Shown piece after piece: positions 11,701 to 20,600 of a DNA stretch of 64,000 nucleotides. Source of the DNA: a virus; IMG/VR virus record IMGVR_UViG_3300026076_000001, one strand, 5' to 3'. Under the pieces are notes generated by a model, which did not search any database, was not told where the DNA came from, and worked only from the letters and a program-made list of their open reading frames with translations. The position numbers were made by a program, and so were the translations under genes. Numbering within the stretch: position 1 is the stretch's first letter; the number at the start of each line of letters is the position of its first letter.

Positions 11701-14700
11701 CGTAATCTAAATTATCATCAGCAGCAACGTTCCAAGTATAAGTCAATGGACTATACTGTGTACCAGTACGTTGAGCTCTCAATGACCAACCTGATCTCAT
11801 CCTTGCTAAAGTTGATGTAGATCCAGGTTCATCGTATCCAATAGGTCCGTAGATAGGATAACCATCTAATGCCCACCCAGCTATCTTCGAGTGATGAGTA
11901 GCATCAGCTATATCTTGAGTAGTACAAGATGGTAGTGCAGCAGTATTTGCTAGAGTTGACACAGATGCAGCAGCACCAAGACCAGAATATAATGAACAAT
12001 AATAGAATAAGTTCGGTGAATCAGGTTGTACCTGTATGTAAATACCAGTACCAGACTGACTATCACCAGGAGTACCTTGATATCTAATACCAGTTAGATA
12101 CTCAGAACCACCTTGAATATGGATACCATCCTGTGAATCAGATATCCTTAATGGGTTACCACTATTACTACTATCACTTTGATCGAAGTAGTATGTGTTA
12201 CCTTCTGTCAACTGAAGGTTAGGTGTCTGTACACCATCAATATAATATCTGTCTCCAGATGCAGTATTTACAATGGTAACTATCATTGTAGTAGTACTAC
12301 CCTTCCATAGTTCTGTATAGAACTTACCACTAGTGTAGTAGTATGAACCATCAGATCCTACAGTACCATCTCCAAGGTCAGCACCGAAAGCACTAGCATT
12401 AAATACTCTATCGAAAGCATAACCATCAGGGCAGTTCTTTCCATTAGGTAGATCAATAGCAGCTCCGTGATTCATACCACGTATCTGACAACCATTGATT
12501 GTAAGACCAGCAAAGAAGAAAGAAGCAGTGAAATCTTCAGTACTTGTATAAGAAACGTTTCTTCCACCACGGTATGTAAATGTATGGTTCCAAGACTTTG
12601 GTAGAATACTATAAGCGTTATTTGTGTTAGGGAAAGTACCATACAACGCAGGTTGTGGTAGGTTATCAGCAACAGTTGTTAGTGCATTACTTACAATGTT
12701 TAATGATCCAGTTGTAACAGATCCACCACCAGATACGAATGAATTAGCAACATCATATGTCGTTCCTTGAACTGGAGCACTTGCACTAGCAATAGCAACA
12801 GCAGGTGCTACAGTATATCCAGAACCTGGGTTTGTGATAGTAACAGAACTAACACTACCATCAACAACAATTGCGGTTGCTGCTGCTCCATTTCCACCAC
12901 CACCTGTAAAGGTGACTATTGGTGCGTTCAATGGGTTATATCCATTACCACCGTTGGTTACGTTAACTGTTTCTACACCACCACCAGTTAATGTGATGTT
13001 TGCAGTTGCAGTTGCTCCAGCACCATCACCAGTAAGGACTACAGTAGGTGCCTCGGTGTATCCAGAACCAGATTGATCAACGTTAATACCTGTAACAGCA
13101 CCACCAGTTAGTGTGATCTGTGCAGTTGCTTGAGCACCAGCTCCACCACCACCTGAGAAACTAACAACAGGAGCTACAGTATATCCTGAACCCTGTTGAC
13201 TTAGTGTAAGTTGAGAAACGTATCCAGATGTACCAGATTTAGGGAAAACACCATAAAGACCTGGTGCAGGATGATTATCAGTAACTACGTTAAACAGTCC
13301 ACCTTCCAAATGATATCCATCAGTAGGTGATCCAGCAGATGTTACCCATACATCCTCAATTATATCTTGTGCTGGTAAAGCAATAGGAGTACGTATCTGG
13401 ACTTGTTCACCAACAGAAGGGTTAAATCCAGCAAATTCTGATCCTAAGTTAAATGTAATTACATTACTTGCTAGTCCAGTAGTAATAGTGGTATTCAGAC
13501 CATCAAATGTAAGCTCGTCTATGCTATTGTTAGGATATGTTTGTACACTAGCACCACCATACTCATAACTTACGGGTGATACATTAAGACTATTCCAAGT
13601 ACGACTGTAATCCCAATCAAGTGGTCTACGTAACCATTCTTTTGATAACTGTGGGAGTGCTTTACCACCTTCATAGGTAGCTCTGTTCTGATACCCCATC
13701 TTGGTAGCCCACTGTGCTATAACACCAGCAGTTAAAGGACCAGAGAATGATGTACCATCTATATTTGCATAGTAAGAGGAACTAATAGCATTATATGGTG
13801 TAGCACTGTTCCAATAGTATTGTGGAACATAAATTGATTCACCAGGAGCACTGGTAGTAATGGTACCGTAATTAGAGAATGTTGAGAAAGCATTATTATG
13901 TGCTGTTGCACCAACACTAATCTTACCGTTGTTACTAGTGTCAGGGATCTCCATATTGTGTAGGTTATCCTTAGGACCAGCAGTCCTAACACCTACTAAG
14001 TACTTACCTTGATATCCACCGTACGTACCAGCCCAAGTATTATCTGTAAATCCATTACCAGCAGAACGTACAAAAACTATACCGTACGCCAAGCAGAAGT
14101 TCTCATAGTCATCAAACAATGTGTCTCCGTTTGTACCACCCCAAGCATCAAATCCTGGTTCGTTCTTAGCAACATAAGGATAACCTCTACTAGGAGTAAG
14201 AGAACCTAATGAAGCATTAACGATTGCGGGTCGAGCAGATCCTTTATAGTTTGCGTGTGCTGGATCATTATGGTTAATAATCGCAAACATACACATAATA
14301 TATCTGGATGTGAACGTGGTATATTCAGATCCATAGGTATTAAATACCTTCATTGCGAAGATACGTGACTTCTTAGATACACCAAAGGTTCTACCAGCAG
14401 CTAGAATAGCACACTGAGTACCGTGGCCATCATCATCTTCGTTACTATTTGGAAGACCATTTAATGTAATACCAGAGTCATATCCTGGTACCTCATATAC
14501 ACGATAATTGTTTTGCTCATCAGCACCATTAAAGTCACTAATATAGTCTGGATGATATAATTCTGGGTGTAAATTAGCACCACTAGCATTAACAGGACGT
14601 GATGCACCACGAACACCTGAGTCAATAATATAGATATCTGAATTTTCTCCGTCTTCAGTTAGTGAGTATAGACCATAACCCAATCCATCAGTAGACTGCG

Positions 14701-15571
14701 TTAGTCTCTGTAAATGCCACTTACTAAAGATAGTGAACTTGAATGATCTTGTTGTTGAAGGTACCCACGTTCCTGTAATACCCATTGTAGGTGTGGTATC
14801 TTCATAAACGTAGAGCTCTAGTGGTGAAGTTGCTGTTAATGCAACACTTACAGACGAACCAGCAGTTCCTGGAGTACCTACTCTTGTTATACCTGTTGTA
14901 TACTCTGTTCCACCATTATTTGTACCGTCTGGTGTGGTAGAGAAGCACCATTTATAGTTTAAATTACTTGAATCTTCTAGATTAATAACAATGGTATAGT
15001 TGGGAAGGTTATAGTCTATTGCAGGGGTTTCATATACGCTTCCACCAGACAAGAAAGATAACTTAGGACCATATGAACCATTATTAATTACACCAGTGTA
15101 TCCTAGTGTAGAACCACCTGAGAGATAGGGAACAACATTACCGTAAGAGAAAGGTTTAATTTGTTGGGTTAATGCATCAGTAGTGTCGCCAGCAGTAGCT
15201 ACATTAGCAGCAACTTGCTCACGTGTAGTCTCGTTAGGGGATACAGCAGGAGGATTTTCTAAATCAAAATCTTCTTCAGCAAGATCTAAAGCATCATAAC
15301 GCTTGATACCTGCTTCGTTTGCTAGTGCATCGTGGGGAATAACAATCTTCTTATCCCAATGTGCACCTATAACTTCTGGAAATTCATCACCTTTAAGTAT
15401 GGTGAGGAAATTATCATCCCTTGCAGGGAAATCCAAAAATAGTGTTTTTAACCTTTCCAGGTTATGTGTGTTTGCTAGTGATGTGAAACGTTGCTTTGCA
15501 CGCTCAATGACAGTAGCGACCTCAATCTCCTTCGAGACTTGGACAATAATTCTGCCTTCCTCTATTTGCAT
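5774..15571 (-). CDS. 3265-aa virion-type mosaic: S8 subtilase + two YHYH-like domains + multiple cupredoxin-like domains + GxGY repeats
   Basis: IIDSG, HGT, SAGNG and GTSFS motifs; DGYPIYGP (x2) and DL/HLD.RNGR.C.TPDYP.GTYAYF (x2); HP...C..H..M motifs. Confidence 0.85.
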   Translation of the reverse strand: MQIEEGRIIVQVSKEIEVATVIERAKQRFTSLANTHNLERLKTLFLDFPARDDNFLTILKGDEFPEVIGAHWDKKIVIPHDALANEAGIKRYDALDLAEEDFDLENPPAVSPNETTREQVAANVATAGDTTDALTQQIKPFSYGNVVPYLSGGSTLGYTGVINNGSYGPKLSFLSGGSVYETPAIDYNLPNYTIVINLEDSSNLNYKWCFSTTPDGTNNGGTEYTTGITRVGTPGTAGSSVSVALTATSPLELYVYEDTTPTMGITGTWVPSTTRSFKFTIFSKWHLQRLTQSTDGLGYGLYSLTEDGENSDIYIIDSGVRGASRPVNASGANLHPELYHPDYISDFNGADEQNNYRVYEVPGYDSGITLNGLPNSNEDDDGHGTQCAILAAGRTFGVSKKSRIFAMKVFNTYGSEYTTFTSRYIMCMFAIINHNDPAHANYKGSARPAIVNASLGSLTPSRGYPYVAKNEPGFDAWGGTNGDTLFDDYENFCLAYGIVFVRSAGNGFTDNTWAGTYGGYQGKYLVGVRTAGPKDNLHNMEIPDTSNNGKISVGATAHNNAFSTFSNYGTITTSAPGESIYVPQYYWNSATPYNAISSSYYANIDGTSFSGPLTAGVIAQWATKMGYQNRATYEGGKALPQLSKEWLRRPLDWDYSRTWNSLNVSPVSYEYGGASVQTYPNNSIDELTFDGLNTTITTGLASNVITFNLGSEFAGFNPSVGEQVQIRTPIALPAQDIIEDVWVTSAGSPTDGYHLEGGLFNVVTDNHPAPGLYGVFPKSGTSGYVSQLTLSQQGSGYTVAPVVSFSGGGGAGAQATAQITLTGGAVTGINVDQSGSGYTEAPTVVLTGDGAGATATANITLTGGGVETVNVTNGGNGYNPLNAPIVTFTGGGGNGAAATAIVVDGSVSSVTITNPGSGYTVAPAVAIASASAPVQGTTYDVANSFVSGGGSVTTGSLNIVSNALTTVADNLPQPALYGTFPNTNNAYSILPKSWNHTFTYRGGRNVSYTSTEDFTASFFFAGLTINGCQIRGMNHGAAIDLPNGKNCPDGYAFDRVFNASAFGADLGDGTVGSDGSYYYTSGKFYTELWKGSTTTMIVTIVNTASGDRYYIDGVQTPNLQLTEGNTYYFDQSDSSNSGNPLRISDSQDGIHIQGGSEYLTGIRYQGTPGDSQSGTGIYIQVQPDSPNLFYYCSLYSGLGAAASVSTLANTAALPSCTTQDIADATHHSKIAGWALDGYPIYGPIGYDEPGSTSTLARMRSGWSLRAQRTGTQYSPLTYTWNVAADDNLDYDFTGYSSGSDISISANVGDNLVFNVNASYNTGGGGGSTPQTYNIVVTASGNSDYTLSGSDRTGNISGGDPALEFYEGDTVNFTVSATGHPFHLKTVAGTGTSNDIANVTNQGTEAGTVSWTIPSSGATGTYYYQCEYHGSMVGTITVSAAGGGGGSTITHPFWIQNVPAPYNPAQVVAGVVNNGQHNATILWNTATASAGTYYYVCQAHQAMTGTITLTEPVGYAPNTNTYPMGSFVNDYEFTDNGHLDRRNGRFCITPDYPGGTYAYFLTFDSSGEPAFPYILGDRYYGDALDYSETASANPVFEEPAAAGCDIGTQTGVVTSITVDEAGIGYTTCTVSFTGGGGAGAEASATLSVLDGYVSGLNVTDGGSGYSTAPVVSLTAPNVGGGVQATAVASIAITAGNPNSIVDQAFDQNFNWRGGTDYGAETPTAKPLRSVKPFGMTTTGVYMYHYSNESGPTPGWTFNDVTNENLTGADSYGGYPNSSNIYGYNSSKLLEAYETAAVQAGSNYIGLTYFDLGYQTINFITTVATKTAGNSYFNQGSTQCYFLQSSLTGVNEEAPALNFTRGNTYVFNLDHSSCDGHPLYFSSTEDGIHQGGVRYTAGVTYRLNGVAVDAVSYVASFDVATTRSVTITVPLDSPATLYYVCDAHQKMGNSSGAAMNDNVQGDYKRHANGHSKILGIAFDGYPIYGPYGYSSEMDDSSTVIRVKPGYMEKLVGRIPDGYENRPSTVSYPYKSFIEDFEYAGNETDNIETTFTVSVSTAVLSGSGNRYYISGGGLDGTQEKPSFNFRKGRKYIFNLSDASLTTHALLFSIYGDGTSQGWHVSGQNAQDANAVYTGGVVYKLENVVVDYATYVSGFDTATLRSVEITPPSDVPQALFYFCYNHANMGERIIVGDLDKRNGRYCVTPDYPNGTYAYFITEDSNGDPAFPYILGDEYKSDPIFPGDTAYDSSSFVYDIGGVEFDVLQHSWHQISDVDSANNSFQITANAASFTATSSETGGNLVKVAKITGTHQAGDGIETWQAENRVSNKIWFQTEQQEQAGAGEGTLINNLPVDTGTDHNAPDQPTSTTRGVITPYINLLTTWYTPAGALGTFNIGDTVNIQLGVSFLRTFANETILDRDYSISSSAPFTTSGLTFDTETGVFSGVLTNTETLDLTLTVEENISGQTQEYTIQLTNITTTSSDLEMVYDVLSKNVDYNTVYKVHGEPNDDVTWSNNNWYSRPMFYKSLSMMMTQSAYENDKFEYVPFWQIYGDKGSGSTWYNLNELAAATSVSYEEEDWFENNVENKNTHYSYVERYEDVTGREMGFAHLVMNRWWKFATAFFRCKMRWRLTFDLVAVGNDYQVQINAGGSTVYEVPKGAFYRFDVSDASWAGKTLEFRLGATASASTQNVRSYGTPGQAGAWYEVYIPESYSIASIWFGQSGGTTFASQHLDFTTTYTAIVSSTAQLTVSNLPTLPAQPALTMYSGANTITANLFSANTEYGGETHYPNTTPYLTAGKSPKQGRFPVQLVCTDQNIEYIWFSKSFAYDTASGTKSFAWKSGYETYPDYIPLASNYYRSRVDAREDVTVDYSPVEGGNGVYVGNYVSTTEEFPLRTMYGGYAIEVPIQNPSALVPPKDGSGNVMRSTDIPCNGIPAGVNEPYSFQLYLYNGSYSSLSNEISVIANPPELGMWWYEYSNGWTGTVSNGYLQHDAGFVDTTLTCGDYFGNILTRSFVIDVAGAPLSALPYIDINTLKVQDYYKGAQNFTVTNNQTQDVQVSYTIDAGTFTWRLRIINEFPYMETTDGGTRTIFTLNNPTHANGPTVVNTGDFSTYTGQLATATGLLRECPFRGDTNINMPVDFSIKNDIQPAIFPARGTQKMYTLWVELVESPFTLTDLINLTAVADPCQDHTYDFAYTQNGACVTPSNDYFCNFIKPLRDRNHPEQPIIGMDGIAQVKVTDGITPRTLDFQVPAPWPILYSYLGDCNPTCA

Positions 15572-15607
15572 TATCCCAAAATGAGTGGTACTTTCCCTAA
15601 GGGTTAT

Positions 15608-16282
15608 TTAGTAAGCTTTATAACGCATCAATGAGTGTAACTGTTCATCCAGACTTCTTGTCATACCATAATGTTCATCATCAGGATCGGTTGCGTTCGG
15701 GTAAAGTTTATTTAATTCCTGTTTTATCTCATAATTATAAGTCGCTATCCGTCTGTCTTCTTGACTCTGGAACATTGATTTACTCCAAAATACAGCAACA
15801 TCCCTTACTCCAGATGTTACTTCCTTAACCATATGTTTAGTTCCCGTAGGATAACTAAATGCCATTCCAGCAGGTAATTTGACTTCAATAGTCTCAGTAC
15901 CATACTTTAAAACTAGTTCCCCTCCTTCGTATTCATCTGGTGAATTTAAAAATACAGTTGTGCTGTAATCAGATCTCACTCCACCTGCCATCATAGGTTG
16001 ATCACAATGCCAAGCGTAGTGCATACCCTCTGTATACCTAATGAATAAAGCTGTAGTGGTGTTACAAACCCACATATGCCACATAGGTATTTCGTGTTTC
16101 TGATAATTATCCCAAATTATATTCCAAGCAGCATTTTGATGCTCAACGGACATTTCGATGTTATTCTTTATTCTCTTATCACCAGCTCCAGTGCGTGCAC
16201 CATCGTGATAATCAGTGAAGTCGTAAAAGTCTTGTACGTGTTTCAGATTAACATCATTCAAAAGCTCATAACGAAAAAACAT
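15608..16282 (-). CDS. 2OG-Fe(II) oxygenase, PiuC/YbiX (PKHD)-like
   Basis: WHCD...DYSTTVFLNSPDEYEGGELV...HMVKEVTSGVRDVAVFW. Confidence 0.9.
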   Translation of the reverse strand: MFFRYELLNDVNLKHVQDFYDFTDYHDGARTGAGDKRIKNNIEMSVEHQNAAWNIIWDNYQKHEIPMWHMWVCNTTTALFIRYTEGMHYAWHCDQPMMAGGVRSDYSTTVFLNSPDEYEGGELVLKYGTETIEVKLPAGMAFSYPTGTKHMVKEVTSGVRDVAVFWSKSMFQSQEDRRIATYNYEIKQELNKLYPNATDPDDEHYGMTRSLDEQLHSLMRYKAY

Positions 16283-16284
16283 AA

Positions 16285-16962
16285 TTAAGGAACGAAAGAA
16301 GGATCTGCGGGATTAACTGGCCAACCAGTAAAATTGGCATATTCATATGGATCTGCCTGTTGTGCAGGTAGATCTCTCAATCTTTGTCTATAGGTTTTCC
16401 AATTATCAAGAGACTTAGCAGCAGCAGGGACACTAGCTAGTGCCATACCAGAAGCAGCTTCCCATACATCAGTCAACATAATCCAATCAGTATCCTTGAG
16501 GAGATTAGTTCTCATTGCACGCAATGAACCCAAATTCTCTGGAATTTGATTGTCAACAAAATATTTTTGTTGGTTTGCTTTATCTAACGCTGCTTGTTGT
16601 GCAGCATCATACGCTTCTTTGTACTGTGTACGAAGAGGTGATAAAGTTTCATATAAAACCGTTGCTTCATCAATTTTTGAGGAATCATTTGTGGTGAGAT
16701 CTAACTCTCCACGCATATCCAAATTCTCCGCAAGGTACCAAACAGGTTCACCAACAGGATTATCTGCCTTCCAGTAGTGTAAAACTTTAAGTTCATCTAC
16801 ACCAGCAACGTGAAAAGTTCCGTTGATAGCGGGAAGAACAGTATTAGTCCAATCACTATCAGAGATCTCAAACCCCTGTTGAGTACCGTCTGGATTTCTA
16901 CCGCCGATAATCTTTCTGGAAACCCAGAGTATAAAATCAGCTTCCGCAAAATTACGAGCCAT
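16285..16962 (-). CDS. Protein with a C-terminal phage tail (fibre) assembly chaperone domain
   Basis: LRAMRTNLLKDTDW...WKTYRQRLRDLPAQ...WPVNP. Confidence 0.75.
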   Translation of the reverse strand: MARNFAEADFILWVSRKIIGGRNPDGTQQGFEISDSDWTNTVLPAINGTFHVAGVDELKVLHYWKADNPVGEPVWYLAENLDMRGELDLTTNDSSKIDEATVLYETLSPLRTQYKEAYDAAQQAALDKANQQKYFVDNQIPENLGSLRAMRTNLLKDTDWIMLTDVWEAASGMALASVPAAAKSLDNWKTYRQRLRDLPAQQADPYEYANFTGWPVNPADPSFVP

Positions 16963-17608
16963 TTAATAGATACCATCCTGTCAATATGTATTTATCACCC
17001 GATAAAACTAGGTTTCCTTTATGGGTGTGAGTATAACCTGCTGGCCAAATCATTACTGTTCCAGTAGTAGGTTTAACTCTTCTTTTTTGATCTAAAAACT
17101 CAGTTTCACCTCCCTCAAAACCTTCATTAAGGTATATCATCCAAGTTAATACCCTTGGAGAATGAGACAAACCCATAGCTTCGTAGTGCCAAGTATGGTA
17201 TCCACCACCCTCAGGGGTATGCTGGAACTTGATTATACTACTCATCATTGGTTGTGATTGTAGTTGTCTAAATGTAAAGATATACTGATCAGTACAAGCT
17301 CTAAGATACTGTATAGTACATCTCTGTAAGTCGTGACTATTATGATTAATTAAAATCTGTTTATCATACCTACCTAAATTTCCATTTTCAAACTGAAACC
17401 TACCATCACCAAGAGTCTCATCAATCTGAGGTTGTATGATGTCTGCTTGTTCTTTTAAACTATTATACCAATCAATGTACTTATTACATACATTTTCTGG
17501 CATAAAATTATCCCAGACTCCAATGAAGTCTGAGAAGTCAACCTTTGTCAGGTTCTTATCCAACATCAACTCTAGAGGTTTGATGGGTGGAATCTGATCC
17601 TCTGCCAT
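16952..17608 (-). CDS. 2OG-Fe(II) oxygenase, prolyl-4-hydroxylase-like
   Basis: GGGYHTWHYE...RVLTWMIYLNEGFEGGETEF...WPAGYTHTHKG...KYILTGW. Confidence 0.9.
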   Translation of the reverse strand: MAEDQIPPIKPLELMLDKNLTKVDFSDFIGVWDNFMPENVCNKYIDWYNSLKEQADIIQPQIDETLGDGRFQFENGNLGRYDKQILINHNSHDLQRCTIQYLRACTDQYIFTFRQLQSQPMMSSIIKFQHTPEGGGYHTWHYEAMGLSHSPRVLTWMIYLNEGFEGGETEFLDQKRRVKPTTGTVMIWPAGYTHTHKGNLVLSGDKYILTGWYLLNGS

Positions 17609-17615
17609 AACAAAT

Positions 17616-17655
17616 CTAAAGGGTCAAAAATTTTGCCGAGTTTTTTTCTGGGTTT
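17616..17655. repeat. A/T-tract intergenic repeat, copy 1
   Basis: ctaaagggtcaaaaattttgccgagtttttttc; near-identical to 41405-41438. Confidence 0.8.
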
Positions 17656-17667
17656 ATTATAACACAG

Positions 17668-20600
17668 TTATGGTGCTCCGTCACCTGGCTCCCATAATGT
17701 GTTAATATCTGTAGTTGCGAACGCTCCAGCTGGTAGTGCGATTGCGAAGTTACCTGTAGCAGCAGTGTTAGCATTAGTAGATGCACCAGTGAAGTCAGCA
17801 ACGTTACAATGAACTGTCAAGTCAACGTAATCATTATCGCTGTTAGCACCAGTTATATCCTCAACTAAGAACTTACCGTTAATAACCTTACCGAATAGTT
17901 CACCTGTTGTATTACCAATATGACATATAATACTTGTGCAATTCCAAGTTGATCCAGCTGGTATGCTAGCTGGTGACGTATCAACATAAGACTGGTTGGT
18001 ACTAATAGGACCAAACTGCATTGTAGCACCTTGTTGTGTTATACTTGCGACTTCTACCCAAGCATTACAGTCAGTGCCATCACTATCCCAAACACAGAAC
18101 TTCTGATTGACTCCACCAGAACTAGAGTTCTCAACGTGGTATCCACCAACGCCAGGAGCACCAGTTACAACAGCATTATATGTTGTACCACCAGTAACTG
18201 TAACAGTTGCAGTGTCACTACCTGTAGTTGTATTTCCTTGATCGAATGATATACCAAGAGCAGAGATAGAGTAATTTCCAAGTGCTTGACCGTGATCAGA
18301 TGGATTATCATTCCATCCGAAGTTAAATGTGACTGACGCAGATCCACTACCAGTGGTTATTAGGTTACCAGTTCCATCGAAGTACATACCAACATTACTG
18401 GTAGATCCAGACTGGTTGAAGTATGCAATATCCTGATAGTCACTGTACCTAGCAACACGGAATGTAAGTATCTTAAATCTTATAGCAGATGCAGCACTCT
18501 GACCCATTGAGTTAGATGCTTGTAGTAAGATCATACCCTGTCTCTTACTTGCAGACACAGCATTAGATCCACCAGCAGCATTACCATTTTCAGTAGGAGC
18601 TATCTTAATACTACTCCAAGTACCTGAGGTTGCATTTCCATTAACACTAACTAGACTACTATTGGTTCCATCACCAGATGGGTTCGTTCCATCATCAGCA
18701 TAGTTACCATAATAGATGCCACCCGTAACAGTATCAGCTGATCCCGTGATAGCCCATCCGATTGTAACTGCTTCTTCACAACAGAAGTATAACCAAGGTA
18801 GAGCAGCAGTACTCTGACCAGAAACATATGAGTAGGATGCACTACCACCTGAAGGTGTATATGCTCTAGTAACAGTCAACGTAATTTCAGGCATAAAGTA
18901 TACCTGAATATTAACACTAGCAGAATCAGATCCACTTGCGTTAGTAGCAGTAATTGTGAATGTAGTATCTTCTTGAGGTCCAACAGGTAAGGTACCACTG
19001 TCTGTGGTAGGGTTCCAAGCAGCGAATGCTGGTGTAGATGATCCTGTAATAGTATCAGCATCAGAACTACTCCAAGTCAAGATTGCCTCAGTATCATCAT
19101 TAGGATTATAATTACCTTGTTCAATAACAGTAACGTCAGTAGATAGAGTAACAGTAGGAGATGGTATAGGAACAACAGTTATACTTACTGACTGAGATGC
19201 TTGACCATTTGCATTGCTCAATGTAACAGTATAAGTTGTGTCTGCTGAAGGTGATACTGCTTGTGAGAAGTATGCTATGTTACCAGCAGAAGTAGCAGCA
19301 TTATCCCAAACAGTGTCAACAGGAGAAGAAGTTGCAGATATAAACGTATCAGCATTAGTACAACTATATGAAACCGTTGCAGTTGATCCAGCATTCATAG
19401 ATGTTGGAGTGACACTCATACTGATTTGTGGAGCATTAGCAGCAGCTATGGTACATACAGCAGTAGCAGTTGTGTTACCCCAAGTGTTGCCTAGTGTAAT
19501 AGTGTATGTGGTTGTAACAGTTGGATTCTGAGTTATAGTAGCACCAGTTGGGTTAGTAGCACCGAAGTTAGATGCGACAACAGAAGTTGCTCCAGGTGCA
19601 TCGTAAGTAACATTAATAGCAGAACCAGAGGTCACTGTTGTTGGTAATACAGATAGGTCAACAGTAGGTGCTGCCTCGTATGTGATATTAGCAACAGCAG
19701 TCATCTGTGTGACTGAATTGTACTTAACTCTAATCTCGTAATTTGCTTGAGTACCACCACTAGAAGGTGCTTCAAGTGTCATACTAACAGTATCACCGTT
19801 TACATATCCAGTGTTGACTGCACCACCAGTACCACTAAGGTTAATAGGCGTTGCACCAACAGATTGTCCACCAGATTTTACTACTTCAACATCAAAGCTG
19901 TAGTTGGAACTTACACCAGTGAGTTGGAAACTTACAACTCCATCTCCAGATGCTGTAGTTACACCAACATCGAAAGGACCAACCTGATCTGGTACTGTAT
20001 CACCAGCAGGAGGTACAGGAGGTGCAGTGTATGCAGAACTACTAACTCCAGCAAAGATCATATATGCTGTTTCTTGATACTCTGGTTGTAGATCTGGAGT
20101 ACCATCTAAACCTAAATCAACGTCTAAACCAAATGTTATTTGTGTAGCATCTACAGGGGAATACTGAACGTTCCACTGCATCATAGCTGCGGTTGGTCTG
20201 ATTAAACAATTACCATTGCTATCGTATACGCCATCGTTTGCTTCATCACCATCAGCAGGTGTAGAATCACCAAGTCCACTACCACCTCCAGAACCACCAA
20301 TTCCACCCCACCCTATCCAGTGTGAGTGTGGTAAACTTGAACCACCTACTGCTGGACATTGAGAACCATCGTGTGAGTTTGGACCTGAACTAGCACCACC
20401 CTGAACTTGTGTATCACCAGAACCAGGAGATGTACGGTCAGCAGTTAGACCACCGCCAGGAGTAATTTGCCAAAACTCATTACCGTGGTCGTGAGTTGGC
20501 CAATGTGGCATTGTATGGTTAGCTAAGAAACCACTATTAACCGCTAAATGCCCATCTGTAAATTGTGTTGATGATTGTTGTACTCTAGATGTGTTAAACA

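Noticed and set aside
12780-13200. Repeated GxGY...GGGG.GA.A.A units
   Set aside because: Common beta-repeat filler of cyanophage baseplate and fibre proteins; not novel in itself.
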